DNA of 63,999 nt, the filler included, from Phoronis australis (taxonomy: Eukaryota > Animalia > Phoronida), in NCBI GenBank assembly GCA_002633005.1. It is 9 parts of 9 records of this genome, joined end to end, with 100 filler letters (N's around TTAATTAATTAA, not from the genome) between each part and the next. Parts side by side here need not be neighbours in the genome. Positions count along the whole stretch, not along the records: positions 36,087 to 42,293 come from NMRA01000465.1; positions 42,394 to 46,776 come from NMRA01002087.1; positions 46,877 to 50,541 come from NMRA01002907.1; 6 more parts are not named here. One strand, written 5' to 3'. A model generated the notes under the pieces. The model had not been told where the DNA came from, made no database searches, and saw only the letters and a program-made list of their open reading frames with translations. A program made the position numbers and the translations under genes. Of the stretch, positions 36,087 through 50,010 are shown piece by piece; position 1 is the stretch's first letter; every line of letters begins with the position of its first letter.

Positions 36087-37184
36087 TATCGATCGGATAA
36101 GAAATGCGACTTGCAGAGTGGGAACAAAAAAAAAAACAAAAAAAAACAAAAACAAAAAACCAAACAGATCTGATGACAAAAAACAGAACACCTGAAGAAA
36201 TTTCATTTCACTAATTTCACTATGTAATAAGTCTGTGGACTAACTGTGGAAGTCCTTGGTATAAGAAGTCTTATGAAGAGTGAAGTAGTCTTAATTACAT
36301 ATCACAACACATATGGCATTATGGCAGATATGAAATCTGATCTACTATTTCTCACCAGGGAAGCTGGAGATAACATAGGATTTTGAACACAGAATCCTGC
36401 AAATTACAGGGTGTGCCAGTCACATGACTTGTTGACTTGACAGCAGAATAAAATATCTGCTTTGGAGACAGCAAGACAAACTAGAATCAACTTGTAATAT
36501 GATGAACCATCACTAACACTGGTACTGTGCCAGAGCCCTCGATGCCTCACTTTTGAGCCATACAACGAATTCATTTTACAAAGAACAAAAAATAAAAATC
36601 ACACGAAATGCCCTTCAGCAGGCAAAAAGTTCTCTTTGCGTGATCAAAAAAATGCCCTAAAGATAAAATCAGTTTAAAGTCATGCAGATACTTGACATCA
36701 GGGACTTAAGTCCACACTCATAGTGCCTACACTTAATTGACATCCTTGGTTCCGCTGGATCAACTAGCTAAGCATCTAACAGGTTCTATATGACTTCCGG
36801 CTTACAGACCAATCAGATGTCATAGCTGGTTGACCAGGCGGAGACAGTGAAGTCAATCAAGTGCAACCTGGATGTGGAGAACAGGATACTGATTAGTTTA
36901 TTACACAAGCAGGGGGTGATTACTTAGTAGTGAGAAAAGGAAGTCAGTCACTGGAGTTCTTGGCTTGGACAATGTGTACCATTGAAAAAATAATAGAATT
37001 TCCCTATCAGCAGCCACAACCATCTTTCCCTCGAGGCGAGTCAGAGAGTCCTGTGGGCCTGTAAAGACACAGGCTCTAGCAGAGTCTTCAAGGTCATGGA
37101 AATGACATGAAGACAAAAAATCCAAAATATGGCATGTGCTGATTTAATCAAAAATCAAAAGGATTTGGCTGCCTGTGACGTATA

Positions 37185-38628
37185 CCGTATTCGCCCTAAT
37201 AACCATCCAGGGAACTTAGAAAAATTCTTTTCAGGGGGTCGCTTACTGTAACCCAAGGCAGTAGAAACCAGGTCTCCGAAACAGGTGAAATCGAAAGCTA
37301 AGATTCATCATATTTACGCTCTGTGACATATCTGTAATCTATGACAGACTTTCTAAAAAATTATGGCGCATTGCTGACAAACTTTGCTGTAAAATTCCGA
37401 TCATTTTACAGAGAATTGTGCATTACGTAAATCCCAGGACAAAATCTCGCCAACTGACTGCCTCGCAATCGTTGCTATGGCAATTTGAATGCTTGAATAA
37501 AAATACTGTTTCAACTCAAGCAAATTACCGATAGCGTGTCTAAAATTTTTAAGTTCCCGTAGAGTCGGGATTAACGGCAGGTTAAGTCCAAATCTGTGCT
37601 AGATCGTGCCGTCCATGATTGTAGGCCTATCTTGAAAAACGAGAAAAAAGCTCTGCACATGTTGTTGTCACGTGACGTTTGTTTTGAAGTTCGTTTGTGT
37701 GTGAGTAAGCGAGCGTGTGCATGTTACCAGAGTTCATTTGCCAGAGTAAACACAATCTAACAAGCTACATGTGCATTATACACGTCAATCAGAAAGCAGA
37801 ACGTGTTTTATTCAGCACTTGCTCGTCTCATCTGCAAAAAAACGTTCGACAATTGTCTCGGTAAGGCCCATATTAGTCGCTGTGTGGCTGGATGCGTTGG
37901 TGACTGCCTCACAGTTATTTTTTGGTGTAAGGGTGTGTAAGCATTCACTGTCAGTAGTCATTTTATTGGATATTTGGCTTTAAAAATACAATGATGATTA
38001 ATCAAACAATCCCTCTTAAAACTAAGGCAAAATTTTTTTATGGTATTAGAAACTGCCAATATTCATTTCTTGCCGATGCTATACTACCAGTTTCATGAAT
38101 GGAAGTTCCCGACTAATGTCTTTGATGACAAGTTCATATATGTAGCGCGTTTCCTAGCCACGTGCTTTTAACACTGGTCCAGTTTTTTTATTACTCTTCG
38201 ATTCACAGTTTCCACGTGTACGAAGAAATTTGGATTCCTGTTGAGGGCAGGAAATATCTACAATACAATCCCAATGACAAGTACGCTGCATCTATTCTTA
38301 AAGGCCAGACCATAGTACGGCACATTCCTTGCAAGATCATCCAAACTTGTGTTCTTTTGGAGGCATGACAGAAGTTTGATGTGTATAGTCACGGCTAAAT
38401 ACCGACATAGCGGCAAACTCATGGTCTACAATTTCCGCACACAAAGATTTTTTTCAGGTTTGTCGGATATTATTGATAAATGGAAGATGTTAACTGTAGA
38501 ATTTTAGGTCTGTAGGTAAGGCATTTTTCACAAATACACATTCATGGACTGGGTGATTATTTTAGCAAAGTCTGAAAACACGTGGGGGGCGCTCATAGGG
38601 GCATGGACGGTTATTAGGGCGAATACGG
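37185..38628. mobile_element. Non-autonomous TA-targeting DNA transposon (Tc1/mariner/pogo-type ends)
   Basis: TA|CCGTATTCGCCCTAATAACC...GGTTATTAGGGCGAATACGG|TA, 20-bp perfect TIR. Confidence 0.88.
38190..38410 (+). pseudogene. HIRAN-like domain fragment inside the transposon
   Basis: SSIHSFHVYEEIWIPVEG...NPNDKYAASILKGQTIVRHIP, matching the S.IRGYHVY..IW.P..G...N..D.YAV....VGHVP pattern. Confidence 0.65.
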
Positions 38629-40529
38629 TAATCACTTTTGTATTCAGAATGAATGGAGAAGAATGATAACTCATGTTTTCAGTTATCCCATGGAAATGAT
38701 CACGGAGATAAAAAAATGCATTCAAACACGGCTGACCCCTCAAAAATTCTCATAAAAAGCCAAGGTATCAAAGTTGTGGGTGACAGGATATCAAACAAAT
38801 ACACTTTTACTGGCTGATATTTGACAACTGGGACTGGGACTGACCACAATATACATACACATACACATCAAAAGGTTTAGTGTTTTCAAGACTGTGGCCA
38901 TTTTATCATGGCCAGAACAGTGTAATTCCTAAATTTGCCCATGACTTATGGCAATCCATGCAACTGATCGACTGGTTTGACAGGAGTCCACTAAAGCAAA
39001 ATATTTAAAGCAACCAGTCAAACACCAAAAAAACGTACTCAAATTGTACGTTGGAAGCAACAGCATCCGATTCCAATTGGTTTAGTTCAAGTTGGAAAAT
39101 GGCTCAGCAATCTAGTTTATAAATTATGCCAGTAACTATGAAACCAGATATCAAAGCTGACCAGTGAGAAATGAATCATTGCAAACCATCATTTCCAGTC
39201 TAGTAAAACTGCAAGAGAGATTATAAAGACCACTTGATTGGTTGGCATGTATAAGTCTGCTGATGGTTTCTGGACCAGGGGTTTATTAGTGGGATTCAAT
39301 TACAGTGCTCAGATGAGGTTATTGTATCTTCAACCAAATGCACAGCAAGCTTAAAGTCTGAGTACAGTAGAGAAGTGATTGGTAAGGTTGAAGATGATCA
39401 AACTGTGATCAGTCCATAAGAACCAGGCAGGTGATTGTTGGTTTATTTGGCAATAACACAAAGGTAAGTTTTATTTTTTTTCAACGAAAGACATACAGAA
39501 CATTTCAAAACCAAACTGAAAAAGATACATGCTTTCGAGTTGTAACTTTGCTAATCACGTAAGAAAAGTTTAATCTTAACAACAAATGAAGATAATTTTT
39601 AGGGCTGCAATAAACCACATTCTAGTAATAAAACATGTCATCACTCTTTACAGGTTAATTGCTTGTCCTTCAGTGCTCAGAATTGCCTGCAATTCCTTGG
39701 CCCCTGAAATAAACCCACCTTGGTTGATGGGCTAGGTCCCAAAACTAACCCACCCTTACAAAGCAACTTAATAGGCCTTGTCTGAAATATAAACGATGTG
39801 ACAGTTCTTATTAGGCTAAAAATCATTGCTAATCTGGGATAAGAATGAGAAGAGATTGACTTTGTGTCTGTGAAAGTATGAAAAATACCAAGTCGTGTTT
39901 TAAGATGGAAGACGCCATGTTCTTGCTCCTTTAGCTAAAGAGGCTATAGCACAAATGTCTCTTCTCTCAGAAATTGAAACGTCTGAAAAGAAGTTCTAAC
40001 ATTTTCCTTGTTTATGCATTTTCATTATTTCAGATAAAAGACAAATATACCTTTACTGATGGAGCAACCTCATGCCTCATGACTAAATTTCTTCTCATCA
40101 ATAATCACCGGTATTTCAGAAAAAATGTTTTACGTTGCAGTTACTACGGTTATAAGCATTATTAATGTCTAGTTTTTGGAACACTTTGCAGTGTCTAAAC
40201 GGCATTCTTTAACATTGCTTCAATGAGCCATGTGGATGGGACTTGAGAGAGCTCAAATAAGAAAGCTGTTCATTCTGTTAATACACCAAAACACACCATT
40301 GTCCACTCTGGTGCCTTGCCATCATACTGATATCCGTCCAAGTAATTCTGATAATATTTCCAAGTCTGGTTCCTGTGTGATATATATCTTTTACTCATTT
40401 GTAGAAAAATTTCTAATAAAGGTTTTAATTGTACATTGTAATTGTTCTTACACCATCTTTTTAATTAGGTGTTTAATACTTGCTTTCCTTTTTATCAGGA
40501 GGCTATGGGAGACCAGTGGTACAACTGAA

Positions 40530-40595
40530 TAGGTTTTATCCTGAATAAACATATCCTACTACAACAACAACCACAACAACAACAACAACAACAAC
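40530..40595 (+). repeat. AATAAA plus (CAA)n tail, probable LINE 3' end
   Basis: GAATAAACATATCCTACT followed by about 11 CAA units. Confidence 0.55.
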
Positions 40596-41412
40596 CTCCC
40601 GTTTAGTATTCTTTTAGAGGTTTGATCACTTGTATTTAATCTTCCCACACAGTTGCATTAGATGATTATATCTGAACAAGTCCACACCTGCCATGCGTGC
40701 AGTTGGCTGACAGCAGCAAGCCTAATTAAACACCGTTTTAAAAACAACTAAATTGATTCCGATTTGGGACTTTCAGTAACAACATTTCTCACTGCTGCCT
40801 ACACATTTCAGGAAAAAAATAACTCAACAATAGCCAGCCTAAATCCCACTAGACCCCCTTGAGGATATAGTGAGGTGGCTGTACTATCAGATAAAGAATG
40901 CCAAAGAGGGATACGTATGGGAAGTTGATGATGTTTGATCATCAGTTGGACTCATCGCAACAATGAATGCAATAATGGAGTGCATATGCATGGTAAGTAA
41001 AACAAGAATTTTACAGTTTTAATTGTAAGTATGGTACTGTACTATTGTCGTCACATTTTTTACACGTGTTATAGTTGTAAAAATTATACTCATACGCGAC
41101 ATTGCCCTCATATTTTCTTCATAAGTTTAGTTGTAAACACTGCTCATCTGTAATATTGCACATTTTTACAGGTTCAATTGTTAAGTATTGCGCTCATCCG
41201 CAATTACGTCATCCCGTTTGTACACAGTATTAGTACTGTTGTTAACACCCACTCTCGTGCAAAATTGTCAACGCAATGTTTTACATAAATTTTCAGTAAA
41301 TGCTGTACTCATATTGTCATCACATTTTTGTCTACAAATACAATAATGTTACAAATCGCTTGAGCCAAAAGGCACATTCACAATTAATCAGTAACTTAGC
41401 CAAAGAACAAGT

Positions 41413-41756
41413 TGTGGTGTAATGAATCGTGTTGTGGCCGACAGATGGCGCACACGTGGTAGTAATTAAAACAACACACGAATACCTCAACCAATAAAAT
41501 ACGTCTATTAATTTGCAGCGTTGTGATTAACAAACAATAGTTGACAATAAGATGCGAGACTGACGACAAACTGAACGAGAAGAGATATCACTGCTAGAGA
41601 AAGTACTAGATAACAATGTCACCAGTTACCAATAGCAACCGCACATGCAAGCGCATTACAAGTCGCAAAAGAACTAACCCTCTAGAACAATCGCTAGACT
41701 GGTTTGAATTGACTAACAGGCTGAGACCAACACCTGTGTTAAATGTCTATACCTCA
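41413..41756 (+). mobile_element. Possible LTR
   Basis: TGTGGTGT...ATACCTCA imperfect inverted ends about 340 bp apart; no clear TSD or PBS. Confidence 0.3.
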
Positions 41757-42141
41757 GTAGTGCTTGACTCGTGGATTTTCCGTCCGGTCCTGTGTTCCTG
41801 TCGTTCACTGTCTGGCTGAGATCGTGACTTTGCAGTTTTTGAAGTCTCCAGTCGTCTTGTTCGGTGCGGTCTGCTCGGTCTGCCTCTGTTAGTGCCTTAA
41901 GTAGCCCCTTTGGAGCCATCACGTGATGGTCCCACCTTTTTCAGTACATTTCCCTTATGACCAGCTAATCAACTGTCCTATCGAAAATTCTTGCATAACT
42001 GCCACCTCTCTCAAATTTGCTACACCAGGGGTGTGCCTAATTTCCGGGGGATCGCTATTTAACTGTCACTCTAGTGACGTAGAATCTCAGTTGGTGTTTA
42101 ACTATCTTAAAGAAAATTCTTGCATAACCGTGGGCGTGCCC

Positions 42142-42241
42142 ATCCTCCGAGGAATCCCAACTATCACAGAGGTATGCATATCCCCTGGGAATCCTCCGAG
42201 GAATCTCAACTATCACAGAAGTATGCATATCCCCTGGGAAT
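42142..42241 (+). repeat. Tandem duplication, 49-bp period
   Basis: ATCCTCCGAGGAATCCCAACTATCACAGAGGTATGCATATCCCCTGGGA twice with 2 differences. Confidence 0.92.
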
Positions 42242-42293
42242 AATTTAAGACATGCTTGCATGCACGTGGGAAACAGTGCCTCATTATATTACA

Positions 42294-42393
42294 NNNNNNN
42301 NNNNNNNNNNNNNNNNNNNNNNNNNNNNNNNNNNNNNTTAATTAATTAANNNNNNNNNNNNNNNNNNNNNNNNNNNNNNNNNNNNNNNNNNNN
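42294..42393. other. Artificial contig spacer
   Basis: N44-TTAATTAATTAA-N44. Confidence 0.97.
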
Positions 42394-44044
42394 CAAGAGC
42401 AATAAGATTACTGACAATAATGAAGACGTTGAAAATAACATCATTATTTTCACCATCAAATATTTATTATATTGATAAAGAAGAGAGGCTTGAACAATGG
42501 GGAATTGACTAAAAAGCAAGCAATGATTCAGTCAATGTAAGAATGGTCAGTCAGAAAACGTTGAATAACCCAAATCCTTCAAGTTGCACTGGGATTTTTC
42601 AATATTAGGTAAGCTCTAATCAATGAACAAGAGCAATGCGAAACATTGATATGAGCCCACTGTGTGCATCGCATATTGCACAGACACAACAATGCATGAT
42701 TACTATCAATTTTAAACATTCCCACTAAATTGAGCAATGCCAGTAAACATAAAATAGCCACTAGGGGGTGTATAACACTGAAGTGAGCAATTGCTCTCCT
42801 CAATTGTCCTGAACATTATACCTGCCAAGACTAAAAAATTTAAATCTGGATCTGGCACTATGGGCACACTGCTAGCCAGATACGTCCATAAGTCGTCATC
42901 TGTTGTCACATTCATAGAAATACATTTGCCAAATTGCACAAAGATCCTGCAGGAAGAAACAGCTGCAGAGCTGCAGATGTGAAAAAAGCAGACCGCCACT
43001 AGGGAGCGCCACAGTAATCAAACTGTCCAAAAATTGTCAACCATGCTCATCATTCTAAATTTTAGTGGTTTGGCTGATAGAGTGATAGATGCCTAAAACA
43101 GACTCAAATGGCCACTAAGAGGTGTGCACTACATCAAATGATCTGAAAATGAAAAGGAGTAATTGCCTTATTAAAAGACACCTATCTGCCAAATTTCGTA
43201 AAAACTCATCAATGAACTCAAAAGATACAAAGGAAAACAGAAACAAGAGCAACATGGAGCGTTGATATGCACCCACCGTGTGCATCTTATATACCGCAGA
43301 CACAAGGGATGACTACTATTTCAAACATTCCCACTAAATGGAGCAATGCTATTAAACATAAAATAGCCTCTAGGCAACACAGTAGTCGGTGCTGTCCAAA
43401 AATCAACATCAGCTGTCCTCTTCCCAGGAAGAACATAATTTATAAATGTCAATTTTCATAATCATTCTAAGAGTGGTTTGGCCAACAGAAAAGTGGATGT
43501 TAAAAACCAGACTCAAAAACAATAAAAATGGCCACTAGGTAGCATGCAACATGTCAAATTTACCAATTCATCACCTCTTTAATTGAAATCTATTTGCCAA
43601 ATTTCATAAGAATCCAGGAAACCAATACAGTGAAAAAGGGAAAAAATAAAATTGCCTCTAAAGGCACAGTGGTAGTTGAATCCACCCAAAAGTAGCATGC
43701 GTCATGCAAACCACTAGGGTAAAAATAGGCTGCGAAAAAAGCATTATTTCAAATATAGGCCCATGGAACAAAAAGCGTGGCAATACAATAATACAAAACT
43801 ATTAAAATCAAATTTCTTGAAAACACACCAAGGACCTCCAAAGATACAGCTCTAGGCAAACGTAAAAATATTGCCATGAGGAGGCACAGATAGTCAAAAC
43901 GGGTGAGCCTACATGGGAATTATTGGCCTGTACAGGTATCTCCCTGAAAATTCGCTCATGCTGTCCCATCCCCAAAAGGAACATATATCAGCAAAAATTT
44001 CATGAATATGCATTACGGGAAATTTGGAGATACATGTACAGTAG

Positions 44045-44141
44045 CAGACGCCAGACAGACGGTTAGACAGATGGACAGACATATGGACAGACAGACGGAC
44101 AGAGTGACAGCATTGTACGCCCACTATGTGGGCGCATAAAA
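44045..44141 (+). mobile_element. 3' end of a HINE/DINE-like non-autonomous Helentron
   Basis: (GACA/GACG)n microsatellite, then hairpin CGCCCAC-TAT-GTGGGCG and a short A run. Confidence 0.7.
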
Positions 44142-45011
44142 GAAGATATCAGAAAATCTGGAATATTTTGAGAATGGTATGTCGTAGCCAAAAATGGACG
44201 ACACTCTCGAAAGCTGCTGACGAGTATACAAAATTTCAGAAGGATCCCTCAAACCAATTCAGAATTTGAGTTCCTTTATGCAAAATTTAAAAAATCCTAT
44301 CACAGAACTATCTTTACACAAAAAACAATATGCCTGAGCTATTGGTGTTGTACATGGCAATAATAACTTATAGGGGTAGCACACTGTGAGAACCAGTTTT
44401 CTCCATTAAATAACAAGTATTAAATGACGGATATGGCGTATGCAGTAGCAGACAACTCGAAAGTAATAAAAATGGCCAATAGGCAACGCAGAATTTGTCG
44501 AATCCATCCCAAAATGAAAAGGTGCTGTCTTCCTCATAACAGAAACTAATGTTTGTCAAATTTCATGAAAAACATCAAAGGGCACTAAGATACAGATGTA
44601 AACTACAAACTAAAATTGCCACTAGGGTGCACAGCAGATCATCAGGGTTATCCAAAAGTTGTGGGTATATACAGCCATCAATGACTCATTTATAGGGTTA
44701 GATTTGTTACAATTTCAAGAAAATCCTGCAAAGGATTTAATGAGATACAGCCGTGGACACAAAAAATCGTCAATAGAGGGCACCACAGTTCTGAGACTTG
44801 TCCAAAAATCAATGTCAGCCATGGTGTTCTCAACAGGAACACATTTGTTAAGTTTTCAAAATGATACTTTGAGCGCTTTGGCGGATTAAAAGGTACTGGC
44901 TCGAAAAAAAGTGGCCACTAGGTGTGGTGCAAAAGTATTAATATGAATCCATCCGAAAATGAATAGAATCCTATTTGCCAATTTTAATGAAAATCGATCA
45001 TGGAACTCCAA

Positions 45012-45857
45012 CAGTGGCGGATCTAGGACATCACAAGGGGGGGGCCCAACATTTTGTCCGGCTGGAAGCATTTGCGCAAACTGAACCACGATTGTAGATG
45101 CGCATAGCACCCAATGGGGGNNNNNNNNNNNNNNNNNNNNNNNNNNNNNNNNNNNNNNNNNNNNNNNNNNNNNNNNNNNNNNNNNNNNNNNNNNNNNNNN
45201 NNNNNNNNNNNNNNGTTTGCGCGCGAAACCTACTTCTTTTTGTAATGCTTATTACACGTTTTATATTTTGTGCCATCAATTCTTAACAAATTTGTCGTAT
45301 TTGAAATAGTCTTCAAATGCCCAAAAGACCAAATCCATTTTTCGTGTTGGCAATAATGACGGGATTGCTTTGGAAACCGTCTTAAGATAAGGTTTGACAA
45401 AGAGAGTATTGCGAGTTTCTGAGTGATTCACTAAGGCTTCCATTAAAATTCACATCTTACCAGCAGCTTCTGTTTTTTCATCGTCACTTAGGTTCCATTT
45501 TCTTTAAAAAATGAAGTAAATTTTCTCCATTGCACAGTGGAGCAGACGACGGAAACGGAGTCGTAGTGCACAGCGCCGCTGCCGGTCGCCTAGGATATCG
45601 CGGGAGATTCTATACTTAGTCATAGTTCCGTTACGAACGCGCCGTGTTCCGAATTTGACACTTGAAATTGGATTTGAGCCCCCCCCCCAACACTTAAACT
45701 GCACACATTTAAATCTTTTTTCATCCGTATAATTTTAATTACCGGGGTTAATTAATAAACTCACCATTTCCCTACGCTCTTACTGTTTTATTTTTTTGCG
45801 GCAGCCAAGGGGGGGGGGGCCCGGGCCCCCTGGGCCCCCCCCCTAAATCCGCCTATG
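45012..45857 (+). mobile_element. MITE with 5-bp TSD (hAT5-like), containing a 94-N assembly gap
   Basis: CAGTGGCGGATCTAGG...CCTAAATCCGCCTATG; TCCAA on both sides (45007-45011, 45858-45862). Confidence 0.85.
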
Positions 45858-46776
45858 TCCAAAGATCTCTATATAGACGCAAACGAAAATAATAAAAATT
45901 GCCACTGTGAGGGGGGACAGCTAGTATATAGTCAGATTTTTGGTCTGAAATTTGTGGTCATCTGTTGTAGGAACACATCTAAAAACTTTCACAAACTTTT
46001 GTTTGTAAAAGATTAAGGAGACAGCCATAGACGCAAAAATCACAAATCGCTAATAAGGGGCACCAAGGTAGTCAAACTCTTCCAAAACTTAACATCAGCT
46101 GAGGTCTCCTCATCATAAATCTGCCAATTTTCACAATGACCCCTTTAGTGGTTTGGCGGATACAAAGGTGGATGCCAAACACAGACGTGCACATTATTAA
46201 AATGTTCACTAGGTGGTACAAAATATGTCTAATCTGTCAGAAAATTAAAAGATGTTGCCGAGCTCTGAAGATACAACTCGGCAAATGTAAAAAACAAAAA
46301 ATTGCCACAATCAGAAGTATTTATGGGGCACACTGCAGGTGGTATCTGGACCACCCAAAATTCACCTATGGCATCCCATCCATGACAGGAACATTTGTGT
46401 AAAATTTCATCAACTCCACTCAACTTCAAGCCCAGGGGTTTTACAGCATCTGACACTGGAGGAATGGGTATGACAGTGTCAATGTGCTGCGCGTTATGAG
46501 GATTTGCTTACGCCATCCCCATAATGTGCAAGTCCACAAAACGCACAGAACAGTAGCTAGCATGCACTCGTGTAGACAAGCAATCGAGAGACCACGACTC
46601 GAGCCACTGATGAGATAGAAATAGAACCAATTGAGATGTTTACATTTACGTAGTCATGTATATGCTACAGGCCGCGTACTTGACGGTTGGTAATTTTTAT
46701 GACGTACGTGATCAGCGGGTAAAACGGCAAAACGACATAATCTCTTTCGTCTTGTTTAGATGAGTCCAACTCACCC

Positions 46777-46876
46777 NNNNNNNNNNNNNNNNNNNNNNNN
46801 NNNNNNNNNNNNNNNNNNNNTTAATTAATTAANNNNNNNNNNNNNNNNNNNNNNNNNNNNNNNNNNNNNNNNNNNN
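46777..46876. other. Artificial contig spacer
   Basis: N44-TTAATTAATTAA-N44. Confidence 0.97.
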
Positions 46877-49830
46877 TTGTGACTGGGTTGTAGTCAATTC
46901 TCATCACGCTGAAATCGCGACTCTACATGAACAAAACAAAACCTTGAATGATGAAATTTTTAATCTGCACCAAGACAACAAGTTGCTTAAAGAAAAATTA
47001 AACAAACTTGAGTTTTGACTGTGATGAAAAAGTCCGGCTTAATACTGGCCTAGCAAGCTATCAGTTGCTGACGATTAATTTTTCAGTTGTAAAAATTTTT
47101 TTGAAAAGTTCGAGTCTGTATCAAAGTTTCAACAGTTTATCAACACTTTGATGAGACTGAGGCTTAACATGAATGTTCAGGACCTCCAAAAAGGTTTAAT
47201 GCGAGTCTACCATATCATGTAGATTTATTAGTGTTGTCGAAGTCCCTTCACACGTCTTTTAGGGGTATCCCCGGCCTCCTGCAATGTTCATACCTGTTTC
47301 ATCTAAGAAGCTCCGTGCTTGTAAAGAGGACAACATAATTATAGTGCGGGTACACTATGCGATTTATAATTCATTTATTTGTTTAAATATGTCAGTCTCA
47401 ATATTATTTCCAGGTTACAAGAGCTGCCGAAACAGGCGACTGTTCTACAATAGAAGAATATGTAAAGCGGAGCTGGGATTTCAACCAACGCCTGAATAGT
47501 TTTGTAAGTATTCACAAATGAACACTCACGTGATCACCACTTTTCAAACCTAATAACATGTAATTCATAGGCTCAGAGATCAACATTCGCAAGTAAAGAC
47601 ATACTCAGGAATAGTCTCCCCAAAACATTTTGGAAGAGCAAATAGGAACGTTGACCAGACATTTTTCTTTAGATGGTTCTTTCAATTCATATGCGTATTC
47701 TTAGAATATATGCAATACTGAAATGTTGAAAGCAGGAAAGAAAAAGAAGAAGGATGTTGCAAAGGTGCTCTTGGATCTGACGCAAAATGATGATGAGAGG
47801 GCAGACACTGCTTATTCTGGAGTGACAACAGTCAATGATGAAGAATCTATCAACACAGTACCTTGTGACTGGGTTGTAATCAATTCTCATCACGCTGAAA
47901 TCACGACACTACATGAACAAAACAAAACCTTGAATGATGAAATTTTTAATCTGCACCAAGACAACAAGTTGCTTAAAGAAAAATTAACAAATTGAGTTTT
48001 GACTGTGATGAAAATGTCCGGCTTAATACTGGCCTAGCAAGCTATCAGTTGCTGACAATTAACTTTTCAGTTGTGAAATTTTTTTTTTGAAAAGTTCGAG
48101 TCTGTATCAAAGTTTCAACAGTTTATCATCACTTTGATGAGACTAAGGCTTAACATGAATGTTCAGGATCTCGCATAAAGGTTTAATGCGAGTCTACCAT
48201 GTCATGTAGATTTATTAGTGTTGTCAATATGTGTTAATGTCGACTCGACCCTTTAAACATATATTGGCCAGAACGTCAATGCCATTGTCTCCAGAATTCC
48301 TTCACACGTCTTTTAGGGGTATCCGCGGCCTCCTGAAATGTTCATACCTGTTTCATCTAAGAAGCTCCGTGTTTGTAAAGAGGACAACATAGTGACAATG
48401 CAGGTACACTATGCGATTTACAATTCATTTATTTGTTTATAAATATGCCAGTCTCAATATTATTTCCAGGTTACAAGAGCTGCCAAAACAGGCGACTGTT
48501 CTACAATAGAAGAATATGTAAAGCGGAGCTGGGATGTCAACCAACCCCTGAATAGTTTTGTAAGTATTCAAAAATGAACACTCACCTGATCACCACTTTT
48601 CAAACCTAATAACATGTAATTCATAGGCTCAGAGGTCAACTTTCGCGAGAAAGACATACTCATGAATAGTCTTCCCAAAACATTTTGGAAGAGCAAATAG
48701 AAACTTTGACCAGACATTTTTCTTTAGATGGTTCTTTCAATTCATATGTGTATTCTTAGCATATATGCAATACCGAAATGTAAGCAAGAAAGAAAAAGAA
48801 GGATATTGCAAATGTGCTCTTGGATCTGTCGCAAAATGATGATGAGAGTGCAGACACTGCTTATTCTGGAGTGACAACAGTCAATGATGAAGAATCTATC
48901 AACGCAGTACCTTGTGACTGGGTTGTAGTCAATTCTCATCATGCTGAAATCGCGACTCTACATGTACATGAACAAAACAAAACCATGAATGATGAAATTT
49001 TTAATCTGCACCAAGACAACAAGTTGCTTGAAGAAAAATTAACAAACTTGAGTTTTGACTGTGATGAAAAAGTCCAGCTTAATACTGGCCTAGCAAGCTA
49101 TCAGTTGCCGATGATTAATTTTTCAGTTGTGAAACATTTTTTGAAAAGTTCGAGTCTGTATCAAAGTTTCAACAGTTTATCATCAATTTGATGAGACTGA
49201 GGCTTAACATGAATGTTCAGGATCTCCAAAAAGGTTTAATGCGAGTCTACCATGTCGTGTAGATTTATTAGTGTTGTCGCTGTGTGTTAATGTCGACTCG
49301 ACCCTTTAAACATATAGTGGCCAGAACGCCAGTGCCATTGTCTCCAGAAGTCCCTTCACACGTCTTTTAGGGTATCCCCGGCCTCCTACAATGTTCATAC
49401 CTGTTTCATCTAAGAAGCTCCGTGCTTGTTAAGAGGACAACATAATGATAGTGCAGGTACACTATGTGATTTATAATTCATTTATTAATTTATATGAATA
49501 TGTCAGTCTCAATATTATTTCCAGGATACAACAGCTGCAAAAACAGGCGACTGTTCTACAATAGAGGAATATGTAAAGCGGAGCTGGGATCACAACAAAC
49601 CCCTGAATAGTTTTGTAAGAATTCACACATGAACATTCACCTGATCACCACTTTTCAAACCTAATAACCTGTAATTCATAGGTTCAGAGGTCAACTTTCG
49701 CAAGTAGACATACTCAGGAATAGTCTTCCGAAAACATTTTGGAAAAGAAAAGAAGTTGACCAGACATTCTTGTCTAAACGGTTCTTGTGATTCATATGTG
49801 TATTCTTTGCTCATATGCAATACTGAAATG
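46877..49830 (+). repeat. ~1-kb tandem macrosatellite (about 3 units) derived from transposase fragments
   Basis: Anchor TTGTGACTGGGTTGTA at 46877, 47863 and 48912; units encode decayed DEKV.LNTGL.SY, SKFQQFIITLMRLRLNMNVQDLA.RF, WPER (Harbinger/ISL2EU-type HTH region). Confidence 0.88.
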
Positions 49831-50010
49831 TTTTTAACAAAAAAAGCCTGGAACTGATCTCCTGCCAAAATCATCAAACTCATTGTTGTTTTTATTACTG
49901 GCCAACCTCTGTTGTAAGCAGTGTTATGCTTTTATTAATTTCAGCACTAAGCAAACACAGTTTAGCATGTTGTATGTGGTAATAGGTTCATTTTTGCATT
50001 ATTTTTATAG

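Larger units (their letters stand above)
42680..46420 (+). repeat. Highly degenerate satellite array of Helentron/HINE type
   Basis: Recurrent AAAATTGCCACTAGG and TTTGCCAAATTTCA..AAAATC motifs at irregular spacing of roughly 120-300 bp. Confidence 0.65.
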
